32,000 bases of DNA from Methanocaldococcus jannaschii DSM 2661 (GTDB taxonomy: Archaea; AGJL01; Methanococci; Methanococcales; Methanocaldococcaceae): assembly GCF_000091665.1 (NCBI RefSeq), contig NC_000909.1:291996-323995 (forward strand), written 5' to 3'. Positions 1 through 10,246 of the stretch are shown here, piece by piece (positions within the stretch are counted from its first letter, which is position 1; each line of letters opens with the position of its first letter). The notes beneath the pieces were generated by a model. It had not been told where the DNA came from. It worked only from the letters and a program-made list of their open reading frames with translations, and did no database searches. The position numbers were made by a program, and so were the translations under genes.

Positions 1-558
1 GGAATTTTTTTTATAGGATAATTATGTAAGATATCGAAAAAATACAAATTTTTATAAAATATTGAACAAGTTGGATTTACATTTATATATTATATGAATG
101 TATTATAGTTTTTACTTTTATAAAATACATGTTTAAAACCCCTTACTATAAAAAGTCCTATACACCATATTTCTCTGCAAAATCGCAGAAATAAATATTT
201 TAGAGAATATTGGTGCCCTTTGGACATCTAAATTCCTTAGTTATATAAAAACTGCGAAAGTCCTATTTGAACGCCTTCTTATTAAAGACGTTTATATATT
301 TATTCTAAGATGTTCTGCAAGGAACTATTAATACGTCGTATCGTATTTTTATCTTTTTCGTTCTGGATTTTTGTCATATTTTACATATAATGTAATAAAG
401 AATGTGCAAGTATATATTAACTCTCTGACGATTTTTAGATATTTTCAAAAATCAACCATATAGATAGTCAAACACATATTTAAAAATATTTAAAAATAAA
501 ATGGTTAAAATGGTAAAAATTCGAAATGAGTGTATAAATAAAAAAGACGAAAATAAAA

Positions 559-1440
559 TTATTCAAGAGCTTTTTTAACAGCATCTTTTAAAAATTTAGG
601 TGCTGCTAAAAATATTCCCTTATGGACTTCTTCATCATAGTATTTAGTTTCCATATCTTTTAAAGCTTCTTTTATTCTTGCCTCATCAACTTCTAATGGG
701 TTGTATTTTTTAGATGCTAATGTAAAGCTCCAGAATCCACTTGGATATGTTGGCATTGGGTAGGTGTATGGCATAATTATCTTAAATCCAGCATCTTTTA
801 AATATCTGCAGATATTTTGTATCAAATCTAAGTTATACAATGGACTCTCTGATTGCTGAACCATAATTCCATCATCATTTAAACATTTAAACACATTTTT
901 ATAAAATTCTTTCTCAAAAAGCCCCTTAGCAGGCCCAACAGGGTCTGGACAATCAACAATAATCACATCATACTTCTTCTCTGTTTCAGCAACATACTTA
1001 ATTCCATCTGTTATTATCAAATTTACCTTCTCATTATCAATTTCACAGCTCAATTTTGGCATATACTTTTTACAAGCTTCAATAACCTTTTCATCCAACT
1101 CTACAAAATCCACTGTTTCAACTGATTTATGCTTAACAACTTCCCTAACAGTCCCTCCATCCCCTCCTCCAATAACCAAAACATTCCTTGGATTTGGATG
1201 GGTGAAAAGAGGTATGTGGGATATTAATTCATGATAAATAAATTCATCTCTCTCTGTTGTCTGAAAAGTGTTATCTAAAATTAATGCCTTCCCAAAATCA
1301 TAGGTGTCAATAATCTCTATCTCTTGAAATCCTGATTTCTCCCTATATAAGATATCCTTAACTCTAACTGAAAGAGCTACATTGTTGTTATGATACTCTG
1401 TAAACCAAATATGGCATTTAAAATCATTATTTTGATTCAC
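559..1440 (-). CDS. speE: Polyamine aminopropyltransferase (spermidine synthase)
   Basis: 293-aa ORF with VIGGGDGGTVREVVKH and VDFVELDEKVIEACKKYMP SAM-binding motifs; polyamine gene neighbourhood (speD, pdaD). Confidence 0.95.
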   Translation of the reverse strand: MNQNNDFKCHIWFTEYHNNNVALSVRVKDILYREKSGFQEIEIIDTYDFGKALILDNTFQTTERDEFIYHELISHIPLFTHPNPRNVLVIGGGDGGTVREVVKHKSVETVDFVELDEKVIEACKKYMPKLSCEIDNEKVNLIITDGIKYVAETEKKYDVIIVDCPDPVGPAKGLFEKEFYKNVFKCLNDDGIMVQQSESPLYNLDLIQNICRYLKDAGFKIIMPYTYPMPTYPSGFWSFTLASKKYNPLEVDEARIKEALKDMETKYYDEEVHKGIFLAAPKFLKDAVKKALE

Positions 1441-1582
1441 TCTACATCACCTTATTTATTTTAGGAGGTGTAAATATAATAGTTATAAATGGAGTAATGT
1501 TAATTAAACCTTTTGTCTATAAAAATTTTTGCATGGTGCTATTTATGGGTAAGAAAAATCCTAAAATTGATGATTTGAAATT

Positions 1583-2374
1583 TTGGAATTATATAAAAAG
1601 GGATATTCTGCAAGAACGATTGCAAAAATATTGGGATGTAGTAAATCAACAGTATGTTACAGATTATATAAATTAGGTATAACTCCAAGAAGAGGTTTAG
1701 ATTTGAATCCTCAAGAAATTATTAAGTTATATCAAAATGGATATACAACTACTGAAATAGCAAAGATTATGAAGTGTAGCCATGAAACGATAAGAAGAAT
1801 TCTAAGAAATAATAATATCGATATTAGAAAATCATCTGAAAGCTTAATAATCAAAAATACGAAAAAAATAAATTTAAATCCTTCAGAATCGTTAGCTTAC
1901 ATATTGGGAGTTTTAAATGGAGATGGAAGTGTAAATAAGCAGGAAAGTAATTATGTGATTGAATTAAAAGTTACAGATAAGGATTTTATAGAAGAATTTA
2001 AAAGAAATCTTGAAAACATTGGCTTCAAATACATAAATGAATATGTTAGGAAATTTGAAAATAAAAAAGACCAATATGTTGTAAGAGTTCGTTCAAAAGG
2101 TTTCTATTATTGGTATAAAAGTCTTAATGTAGATTACTATATGAATGTAATTGGAAATAACGAAAAACTAATGATTTCTTGGCTAAAAGGATTTTATGAT
2201 TCCGAGGGTTCAGTTGTAATAAACAAAAAAGGAAATTATGTATATAAATATGTCAGTATAGCGAACACTAACAGGAATCTAATTGATGTTTGTTGTAGTT
2301 TCTTAGAGAAATTAGGAATTGAGTATTCAGTTTATTGTGAGAAAAATAACAGATATAAATCTGGATACCTCTGA
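1583..2374 (+). pseudogene. Free-standing LAGLIDADG homing endonuclease with N-terminal HTH repeats, probably frameshifted at the N-terminus and interrupted by an in-frame TGA near the C-terminus
   Basis: Two HTH-like segments (YSARTIAKILGCSKSTVCYRLYKLGI; YTTTEIAKIMKCSHETIRRILRNNNI) followed by LAYILGVLNGDGSV and MISWLKGFYDSEGSV (two LAGLIDADG motifs). The only start is TTG. The frame with ATG at 1545 encodes MGKKNPKIDDLK just upstream in a different phase. Coding-like sequence [28 protein letters not shown] continues in frame after TGA 2372-2374 up to TAA 2459-2461. Confidence 0.7.
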
Positions 2375-2453
2375 AGAATATACATAAAATCCAACTCTTT
2401 AGAAAAATTTAAAAAATTAATCAACTTTAGAATTGAAAGAAAAGCTAAAAAGC

Positions 2454-2828
2454 TTATTTAAGTTCAAAAGTCCCATTTTCCATTAATCCTCTTTTTAAAT
2501 CAATTATTTGTATTGATTTTGGTTTTAAAAACTCTCTTATAACTTCTAATGCCTTGTATGGGTCTGTATGCTCTCCACAGGTAAATACATCCAAGGCGGC
2601 ATAGCCATACTCAGGGTAGGTATGTATTGCTATATGACTTTCCGCGAGCACAGCAACTCCTGTAGCTCCTTGAGGAGAGAATTTGTGAGTTCTTACACAA
2701 ATTAAAGTAGCTCCACATGCTTTTACACTATCTACTAACATCTTTTCTATGCCCTCAATATCGTCCAATGCCTTTGGGTCGCAACCCCATAACTCTAATA
2801 TTAAGTGTTTCCCTAAGTATTTTAACAT
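2454..2828 (-). CDS. speD: S-adenosylmethionine decarboxylase proenzyme
   Basis: [17 protein letters not shown]...[25 protein letters not shown], with the conserved Ser of the self-cleavage site (ESH). The listed ORF extends to 2861; MLKYLGKH at 2828 is the likely start. Confidence 0.95.
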
Positions 2829-2962
2829 GCTTTCACCTCCAAATTTGGTAAATAAAAACAAATTAATGTAAGAAACTTTTAGAAAGTAAAAATTATCTTT
2901 AAATTATTTTTACCTTAATAGTTATAACTTAATTATATTTAACTGTTAATGTTTTTCGAAAA

Positions 2963-3460
2963 TTATTTATACCACAATGCAGCTGCAGCAAATGCACATC
3001 CTAACTTTTCAACAGTATGCTCAACTGCAATTGATTCAATTCTATCCAATTCCCAGCCTCTCATCTCAAAACCAATCTTCGCCATCTCTCTAACTGTTTT
3101 TTCAGCCTCTTTTTTTGAGCATTTTCCTTCATACTCCATTATTAAACCACATAAACTCTTATCTTTTGGAATAGCTACACTTATTGCAGCTGATATTGTC
3201 TCTCCTGGGACATCGCTAATGATGTATCCATAAGCTGTTGGAACCAAAGCTCCCATTGGTAATTTAGGCAAAGGAACGATTTCAGCTTCTGGAGGCATTA
3301 TACTGCTGATTCTAATTAAATTGACATTCCCTATGCCTGCATTTAACAAAGCTCCATCAAAAGCGTTTAGTGGTGTTTCTCCTTCACTACTACCTGCTAC
3401 TAAGGAAACTGTGTTTGGTAATTTAAAATAAGCATGGAGAGGGTTTATCTCAGCATTCAT
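2963..3460 (-). CDS. pdaD: Pyruvoyl-dependent arginine decarboxylase
   Basis: 165 aa; [40 protein letters not shown]...[13 protein letters not shown], typical of archaeal PdaD; clusters with speD/speE. Confidence 0.93.
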   Translation of the reverse strand: MNAEINPLHAYFKLPNTVSLVAGSSEGETPLNAFDGALLNAGIGNVNLIRISSIMPPEAEIVPLPKLPMGALVPTAYGYIISDVPGETISAAISVAIPKDKSLCGLIMEYEGKCSKKEAEKTVREMAKIGFEMRGWELDRIESIAVEHTVEKLGCAFAAAALWYK

Positions 3461-3731
3461 TCAACGCACCTCCAAAAACACATGTTTTTCTCAATTTATG
3501 AACGAGTATATATAATAGATGTAAGATTTTTTAGTGTAAATAATGATTACTCATATATAAACTCTTCGGTGCTGAAATAAATTAAAATTTTTTGAGCTTT
3601 TATGTAAAAAAATAGGATATTATGAACTATTTTCGATTAGATTAGGAAGGTATTAGCAAAAAAGAAAATTTTAAAAATTTTAAGACCTTTAAGTGTTAAA
3701 ATAAATTTTGTTTGTTATTTATTGATTATCC

Positions 3732-4406
3732 TTAAATTAAGAACTCTTTTTCTTTTAATATATCTTCTACTGTCTTTCCTAAGTAATCATCCTTAGAGAC
3801 AACTCCATAAGGATAAACAAAAACCTTATCCTCAATATTTATTCTTGGATACTCTGGCTCTATAATTACATCCTCTAATAAACATCTCTTTAAATAGTTT
3901 GCTGTTTTTGTAATGTTCATTAATCTTGGTGGTTTGTAAGGAGGATTGTTTTTTAAAAACTTCCACTTTGTTCCATAATAAACAATATAATCTGGGTTAA
4001 ACAATAAAACAACCTCTCCATGTATCTCTAAAACTAAAGTCCATGAAAAAACCCCTCTTGTAAAACCCAACAATCTTCCCAAATAGGATGTTTTTGGTGT
4101 CTCATAATAAACCTTCAAAGTTCTACCAACAATTCTTGATAATGCCTCTTTAATATGCACATTCTTCGGGTTTGTTGGTAGAGAAGTTTTTGGAATGACA
4201 TTTATGGGAACACAGTTGAGTGGTTTAACCATATGTAGTGCCAAAAGAGGATAGAAATAGATATGCTCTTTTTTGTTTTTCATTACGATGCCTTCTATGG
4301 GACCGTTAAAATCAGCCTTCAAAACTTTACCTCTATAAGTATTAAAAGATTTATTTAGTGTAAATTCTCCAATCATATCCTTTCTTAATGCATATTTTGG
4401 CTTCAA
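3732..4406 (-). CDS. Conserved hypothetical protein
   Basis: 224-aa ORF between pdaD and ftr, no strong competing ORF. Confidence 0.75.
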   Translation of the reverse strand: MKPKYALRKDMIGEFTLNKSFNTYRGKVLKADFNGPIEGIVMKNKKEHIYFYPLLALHMVKPLNCVPINVIPKTSLPTNPKNVHIKEALSRIVGRTLKVYYETPKTSYLGRLLGFTRGVFSWTLVLEIHGEVVLLFNPDYIVYYGTKWKFLKNNPPYKPPRLMNITKTANYLKRCLLEDVIIEPEYPRINIEDKVFVYPYGVVSKDDYLGKTVEDILKEKEFLI

Positions 4407-4536
4407 ACCAAAAACCTCCTATTGGTTTTTATAAATTTAAATTCCACAGCCATTTATATAATTTAAATTATCAACTATTTAAATTTTGTTTTTATCTCTA
4501 TTATAAAAAAGAAATTAAAAAGTAAATAGAGTAAAT

Positions 4537-5442
4537 TTATTCAAACAACTCTCTTAAGTTAAATTGATATTTACCTAACTTACCTCCATAGTTTCCAGCT
4601 GTAATCTTCTTAACACCTTTAACTCTTGTAGCTGCTAAGATACCCTGCTTCATAGCCTCTTTAACTGATTCCTCATCAACACCATCAATAACTATCTCAT
4701 AAACTCCATTTACATCTTCTGGAATTTCTGAATCTTCAACAACACCCTTCAATGTTGGACACATCTTGTGGTTTGTTGTAGCAACCATGAACTTGTATTT
4801 TGGATTACTTGCTCCAACTTTACTACCAGAAGCAACAACTCCTCCTGGGAATGGAGTTATAACGCCATCAACACTTGCAATAGCATTAACTGCAGCTTCA
4901 GCAGCGATTAAGGCAGAGGCGTTTGTATCTGCCATTATAAAGAAGTTTCCTCCAGCAACTCCTTTCTTAATTCCAAACTTAGCTTCAGTTATAAATTCCC
5001 CTCCCATGATTGGGATTTTATAAACTTTTCTTCCATATAATTCATCTTTCTTCTCATAACCGTCTCCGAAAAACTTCAACTTAAATCCAACCTTTAACTG
5101 CTCATCAGCCATGTCTCCCATAGCATCAAAAATAGCAGTTGTTGGACATGTTAAGACACACTGCCCCAATCTCTCTAACATTTGATGCTCTAACTCTGAC
5201 TTTTTAGGGTGGCATATCTGTATTATAAATCCTGGTCTTCCATCTGGTGTTTTTGATGGAGGGACATATTTCTCAATTCCTGCTTCTGCTGGACACATTA
5301 TAACTGAACAACCAAAACCTGTTGCCTCTGTAGCTGCAATCTTAGCCCACTTCTTTGTAGCTGCTGTTATTAAAACTCTTGAAACCCATATTGGGAATGC
5401 TTCTGCAAATGTATCTTCAATATATACTCCATTTATTTCCAT
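4537..5442 (-). CDS. ftr: Formylmethanofuran--tetrahydromethanopterin formyltransferase
   Basis: [29 protein letters not shown]...[18 protein letters not shown], recognisable Ftr sequence. Confidence 0.96.
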   Translation of the reverse strand: MEINGVYIEDTFAEAFPIWVSRVLITAATKKWAKIAATEATGFGCSVIMCPAEAGIEKYVPPSKTPDGRPGFIIQICHPKKSELEHQMLERLGQCVLTCPTTAIFDAMGDMADEQLKVGFKLKFFGDGYEKKDELYGRKVYKIPIMGGEFITEAKFGIKKGVAGGNFFIMADTNASALIAAEAAVNAIASVDGVITPFPGGVVASGSKVGASNPKYKFMVATTNHKMCPTLKGVVEDSEIPEDVNGVYEIVIDGVDEESVKEAMKQGILAATRVKGVKKITAGNYGGKLGKYQFNLRELFE

Positions 5443-5613
5443 AGTTTCCCTCCATTAAGATTTTAACAATTATAGTTTATCTTAGGGGCTATTAATATCT
5501 TATCATTTGGTTTTTAATATTCGATAAATCCATAAATAAAAATATATCAACAATAATTTTAAATAATCTAAGTATAGGTAATATAACAATTAAAAAGATT
5601 TAGAGGGATAGAA

Positions 5614-5907
5614 TTGAACGGCATTAGGAGAATTGTTTTAGATATATTGAAGCCGCATGAGCCAAAAATAACAGATATGGCATTAAAATTAACATCATTA
5701 TCAAACATTGATGGGGTTAATATTACAGTCTATGAAATAGATAAAGAGACTGAGAATGTTAAAGTTACAATTGAAGGGAATAATTTAGATTTTGATGAGA
5801 TTCAGGAAATTATTGAAAGTTTGGGAGGGACTATTCACAGTATAGATGAGGTTGTTGCAGGTAAAAAGATTATTGAAGAAGTTAGAACACCACAAGATAG
5901 GCATTAA
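5614..5907 (+). CDS. DUF211 family protein
   Basis: 97 aa, [26 protein letters not shown]...GLGT-type ferredoxin-fold sequence typical of archaeal DUF211. Confidence 0.88.
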   Translation: MNGIRRIVLDILKPHEPKITDMALKLTSLSNIDGVNITVYEIDKETENVKVTIEGNNLDFDEIQEIIESLGGTIHSIDEVVAGKKIIEEVRTPQDRH

Positions 5908-5990
5908 TAGAGGGTCTTTCAAAACTTTTTAGAATAACTAAGGTATTAATCTTTTTTACTTATTTTAGATAATTTTAAAACCAAATTAAA

Positions 5991-6650
5991 TTGTGTGAGA
6001 CTATGGACTTTTTTGAGAGATATAAGAATTTAAAAGAAAAGTATGAAGAAAAAAAGACAAAGCCAAAAGTTATTGTAGTTGGGAGAAGTAATGTAGGTAA
6101 ATCCACTTTTGTTAGATTAATGACTGGAAGAAAAGATATTAGAGTAGGAAAAAAGCCAGGAGTTACTTTAAAAATTAATGAATACGATATGGGGGAGTAT
6201 ATTTTGGTGGATATGCCTGGCTTTGGTTACATGGCTGGACTACCAAAAAAAGTGCAAGAGAAGATTAAGGATGAGATTGTTCATTATATTGAAGAGCATG
6301 CTGATGAAATAGCTGCTGCTGTTCAAATTATAGATACGAAATCATTTTTTGAGATAGTTGAAAGATGGAAAGGGAGGGGAGAAATTCCAATTGATTTAGA
6401 GATGTTTGACTTTATAACTGATTTGAAGATTAGCCCGATTCTTGTAGCTAATAAAATGGATAAGATAAAGAAAGAGGAATGGGATGCAGTTTTAGATGGC
6501 ATCTGTGAATATTTAAAATGCCAGCCACCATGGCATCAGTGGAAGTTTATAGTCCCAGCCATATTGAAAGAGGGTAAAGGAATTGAAGAGATAAAGAAAA
6601 AGATTCTTGAGAGGGTTAGATTGTTTAAAAAATTAAGAGGAATAGAATAA
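5991..6650 (+). CDS. engB: GTP-binding protein, EngB/YihA-like
   Basis: G1 [19 protein letters not shown]3 DMPGFGYM, G4 NKMDK. Confidence 0.9.
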
Positions 6651-6676
6651 TTATTGAATAGGTTGGTTGTGATAAA

Positions 6677-7045
6677 ATGACAAATAATGACAAAATTGTT
6701 GCAATAGTAACCTCAATAGCTGTTATTTGCATATCCCTAACTGTTATATTCTGCGATACCTTAGTATTAGCAGTTGGTGTTCCTACACTTGTTTTGTTGT
6801 GGCTTGTATTTTTAGGATGGATAAACAATAAGAAATTAGATAAAGGAGAGATGAGGAGGGCAATAACTGGCAGTATCGTTATAGCATTTTTTATTATATT
6901 GATTGCTATATCCAAAAATCCAGATATATACTCTAACAATAAAGAAATTTTCTCACTATTTTTTGGAATGGTTACTACGATAATAGGTTATTATTTCGGA
7001 TACAGAAGTGGAAAAGAATCAAAAAATTCATCAGGAAACGAATAA
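6677..7045 (+). CDS. Small membrane protein, hypothetical
   Basis: 122 aa, three predicted hydrophobic segments; GGTTGTGATAAAATG start context. Confidence 0.75.
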   Translation: MTNNDKIVAIVTSIAVICISLTVIFCDTLVLAVGVPTLVLLWLVFLGWINNKKLDKGEMRRAITGSIVIAFFIILIAISKNPDIYSNNKEIFSLFFGMVTTIIGYYFGYRSGKESKNSSGNE

Positions 7046-7141
7046 ATTATATTAAAAAAGGAATTTCGTTGCAATCCTCATTGTTCAGATTGCAACGTTT
7101 TTGCCTATGAAATTTTGTTTATTAAAATAACCACACTAATT

Positions 7142-7447
7142 TTATTTGAACTGTATCTCTATTTGAACATTGTCAGGGATTCTTATTTTCATAATGTGTC
7201 TTAAAGCTCTCTCGTCTGCATCAATGTCAATTAATCTTTTGTGGATTTTCATTGTCCATCTGTCAAATGTTGATGAACCTTCTCCATCTGGACTCTTTCT
7301 TGTAACAACTCTCAAGACCTTTGTTGGTAATGGTATAGGTCCTGAAATATCTACTCCTGTTTTTTCAGCAATCTCTTTTATTTGTCTGCAAATTTCATCT
7401 AAAACTTTGTGGTCTGTACTTGATAACTTGATTCTTGCCCTTTGCAT
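7142..7447 (-). CDS. rpsJ: Small ribosomal subunit protein S10 (uS10)
   Basis: [31 protein letters not shown]...[41 protein letters not shown]. The listed ORF extends to 7462; MQRARIKL is the likely start. Confidence 0.96.
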   Translation of the reverse strand: MQRARIKLSSTDHKVLDEICRQIKEIAEKTGVDISGPIPLPTKVLRVVTRKSPDGEGSSTFDRWTMKIHKRLIDIDADERALRHIMKIRIPDNVQIEIQFK

Positions 7448-7529
7448 ACTCTCCCCTCTCAAATGCTTTAAAATATTAAAAAAATATAAAATGGGATTTA
7501 AAAGCTATTAAAAGGGAAATTTAAGGAAT

Positions 7530-8816
7530 TTATTTGTTCTTAGCTTTGACATCGATTGCCATACCTGCAGCGATTGTCATACCCATATCTCTGATAGCGA
7601 ATCTACCTAACTGTGGAATTTCTCTAACGTTTTCAATGACCATTGGTTTTGTTGGTTTGATTTTGACTATTGCTGCGTCACCAGTCTTTAAGAACTGTGG
7701 GTTCTCTTCAATGACTTGCCCTGTTCTTGGGTCTAATTTCTTCAACAACTCAATGAATGTACATGCAACCTGTGCTGTGTGTGCGTGGAAGACTGGTGTG
7801 TAACCAACTGTAATTGCTGTTGGGTGCTGTAAGACAACGATTTGAGCTGTGAATTCTTCTGCAACTGTTGGTGGGTTGTCTGGGTGCCCACAAACGTCTC
7901 CTCTCTTAATATCTTTCTTACTGACTCCTCTAACGTTGAATCCAATGTTGTCTCCTGGTTCTGCTTGTGGAATTTGTTCGTGGTGCATCTCAATTGACTT
8001 AACTTCTCCGCTAACTCCTGCTGGTTCGAAGACAACTTTGTCTCCTGGTCTTAAGATACCTGTTTCGACTCTTCCAACTGGGACAGTTCCAACCCCTGTA
8101 ATTGAATAGACATCTTGGATTGGGATTCTTAATGGTAAGTTTGTTGGTTTTTCTGGTGGTTGGAATTTGTCTAATGCTTCAACTAATGTTGGACCTTTGT
8201 ACCATGGCATGTTTTCTGATCTTTTAACGACGTTGTCTCCTTTCAATGAAGCTGTTGGGATGAAGTCAATTTGGTCTGGGTTGTAACCTAAGACTTTTAA
8301 TAACTGCTCTGATAACATCTTTTTCATTTTTTCGTATTCTTCTTGGCTGTAGTTAACTGTATCCATCTTGTTAATTGCAACTGCAATTTGCTTAATACCC
8401 AATGTTCTTGCTAAGAACATGTGCTCTCTTGTTTGTGGCTGAATTCCTGTCTTGGCATCATTAACATCAACAACTAAGACAGCAGCGTCTGCCTGTGAAG
8501 CTCCTGTAATCATGTTTTTAATGAAGTCCCTGTGTCCTGGACAATCGACGATTGTAACTTCATATTTTTGGGTTTCGAACTTCTTGTGAGCTACGTCAAT
8601 TGTAACCCCTCTTTCTCTCTCTTCTTTCAAGTTGTCCATGACGTAAGCAAACTCGAATCCTGCTTTACCTCTCTCTTGAGCTTCTCTTTTTAACTTCTCT
8701 AATAACTGTGGGTCGATAGCTCCACTGTCGTATAATAATCTACCGACTGTTGTTGACTTACCTGCATCGACGTGTCCAATGAATGCTACGTTTAATACTG
8801 GTTTTTGCTTTGCCAT
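7530..8816 (-). CDS. tuf: Translation elongation factor 1-alpha
   Basis: 428 aa; [29 protein letters not shown] and [15 protein letters not shown] motifs. Confidence 0.98.
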
Positions 8817-8880
8817 ATTTCATCACCAATTTACCTTCTTTTTTATCTTTTTTATTTTTATTATATTTATTCTAAAATGG

Positions 8881-8900
8881 TGTTAAGTTAAAACTTAACA
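8881..8900. repeat. Perfect 9-bp inverted repeat TGTTAAGTT-AA-AACTTAACA upstream of the EF-1alpha promoter
   Basis: Direct reading; lies just upstream of the AT-rich TATA region of the tuf promoter. Confidence 0.8.
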
Positions 8901-9105
8901 GGGTAGGAATATAAGAATACAGAATTTGTGGTGATATAAGTATTAAATAGGGGGTATATATATCTTTTGGTTATGCAAGAATCTTATGATTAACTCAACA
9001 TTTCATAAATATAATTGTGATAATGATACTATATAATATTTTAGTATTGTGCTATTTTTATAGTTCTGTTCTTTTTAAAAGTTAATAAAAGTTATTAAGG
9101 AAATT

Positions 9106-9133
9106 TGAACTCCTTCCTAAAGGAAGGAGTTCA
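9106..9133. repeat. Perfect GC-rich hairpin TGAACTCCTTCC-TAAA-GGAAGGAGTTCA
   Basis: 12-bp arms with a 4-nt loop, 38 nt downstream of the stop of the minus-strand EF-1A-like gene. Confidence 0.85.
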
Positions 9134-9170
9134 TCAGTGCTTAGTTATTGCAAAAATATTTTGAAAAGAA

Positions 9171-10097
9171 CTATAATTTTCCGACACCCAATATCCTAAT
9201 TTTTGCACTGCCATCAATTAAACATAGCTTATCTCCAACATCGTAAGCTATTTCTTTTTGCAGTGAAAGCTTTATTTTGTTTTTATTCACTTCCTCAACA
9301 ACACATGAAACACTTTGCAAACCAACAATTATTTGGTAGTTCTCCCCTTCCTTTACAGTTTTTTGCATGAATGGGTTCCAGTTAATGTTGATTTCAATCT
9401 CTTTAGCAACTTTTAACTCTCCATTTGATAGTATCATTCCTCTATCTAACTCATCTGTAGTTATTCCTTTTAAAGCTAAACCTACTCTATTCCCAGCTTT
9501 TGCCTCTTTAAAATCATTATCATGGATTTGAATGCTCCTAACCATTGCCATTTTATCTGTTGGATAGACCCTCAAATTGTCATGAACTCTTACAGTTCCA
9601 CTCTCAACCTTTCCTAATATAACAGTTCCAACACTTCTAACAGTAAAGTAGTGGTCTATTGGAATTTTAACAAAGCCGTTATAATCTCTCTCAATATTTA
9701 AATTAATCATCTTTTCCCTAATGTTTATAAAATCTCTCTCTAAGATTTCAAAGTCCTTCATTGATGTTTGGGATATTATATTTTTCAACATGTCTAAATC
9801 AACATATTCACCAACAACAAAAGCTCCATTATTTATTCCAAACATATCCAATGCTAAAAGTGTCTCTCCTAACTCTCCTGTAATCTCATCAATAAAAACT
9901 AAGGCATAGTCCATCATGTTTATTTCATATATTAAAGGGTTTATTCTATCTGGATATCTTGTTGGCTCTACATAACAAACTGCCTTATCTCCCTGTTTGT
10001 AATTATATAAAGTTATGTCTGTTGAAGTTCCTTTCTTCCCTAATTCTTTTCCAACACCTTCAACATGTCCAAATAACCCTACTGTCAAACCTTCCAT
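9171..10097 (-). CDS. EF-1A/EF-Tu-like paralog with degenerate G domain
   Basis: 308 aa; start GLFGHVEGVGKELGKKGTSTDI is a corrupted P loop; C-terminal part (FVKIPIDHYFTVRSVGTVILGKVESGTVRVHDNLRVYPTDKMAMVRSIQIHDNDFKEAKAGNRVGLALKG) is a clear EF-Tu domain 2. Confidence 0.85.
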   Translation of the reverse strand: MEGLTVGLFGHVEGVGKELGKKGTSTDITLYNYKQGDKAVCYVEPTRYPDRINPLIYEINMMDYALVFIDEITGELGETLLALDMFGINNGAFVVGEYVDLDMLKNIISQTSMKDFEILERDFINIREKMINLNIERDYNGFVKIPIDHYFTVRSVGTVILGKVESGTVRVHDNLRVYPTDKMAMVRSIQIHDNDFKEAKAGNRVGLALKGITTDELDRGMILSNGELKVAKEIEININWNPFMQKTVKEGENYQIIVGLQSVSCVVEEVNKNKIKLSLQKEIAYDVGDKLCLIDGSAKIRILGVGKL

Positions 10098-10246
10098 TTA
10101 ATCACCATAATATTTTTTAGTAGCCCAATTATTCTCTCTAAAGAATTAACTATTTAAGAGCTAACTATAACCTTATTATTTTATATTAATTGAAGATTTT
10201 ATAAAACATTAGATTACATAAATAAACCATTATAACAAATGGAGGG

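Noticed and set aside
1-558. AT-rich left margin considered for a CRISPR leader/repeat array or ncRNA
   Set aside because: No regularly spaced repeats or GC-rich structured RNA could be seen; no supportable feature.
2949-3233. Plus-strand ORF antisense to pdaD (94 aa)
   Set aside because: Shadow ORF of a conserved enzyme gene.
4766-5023. Plus-strand ORF antisense to ftr (85 aa)
   Set aside because: Lies wholly inside a strongly conserved gene on the other strand and looks like a reverse-complement artefact.
6625-6939. Minus-strand hydrophobic ORF opposite the 6677 membrane protein
   Set aside because: Mirror of a TM-coding gene that has a better RBS and start on the plus strand.
7170-7511. 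Plus-strand ORF antisense to rpsJ
   Set aside because: Shadow ORF opposite a ribosomal protein gene.
7534-8109. Several ORFs (both strands) inside EF-1alpha
   Set aside because: EF-1alpha is unambiguous across the full length; these have no features of their own.
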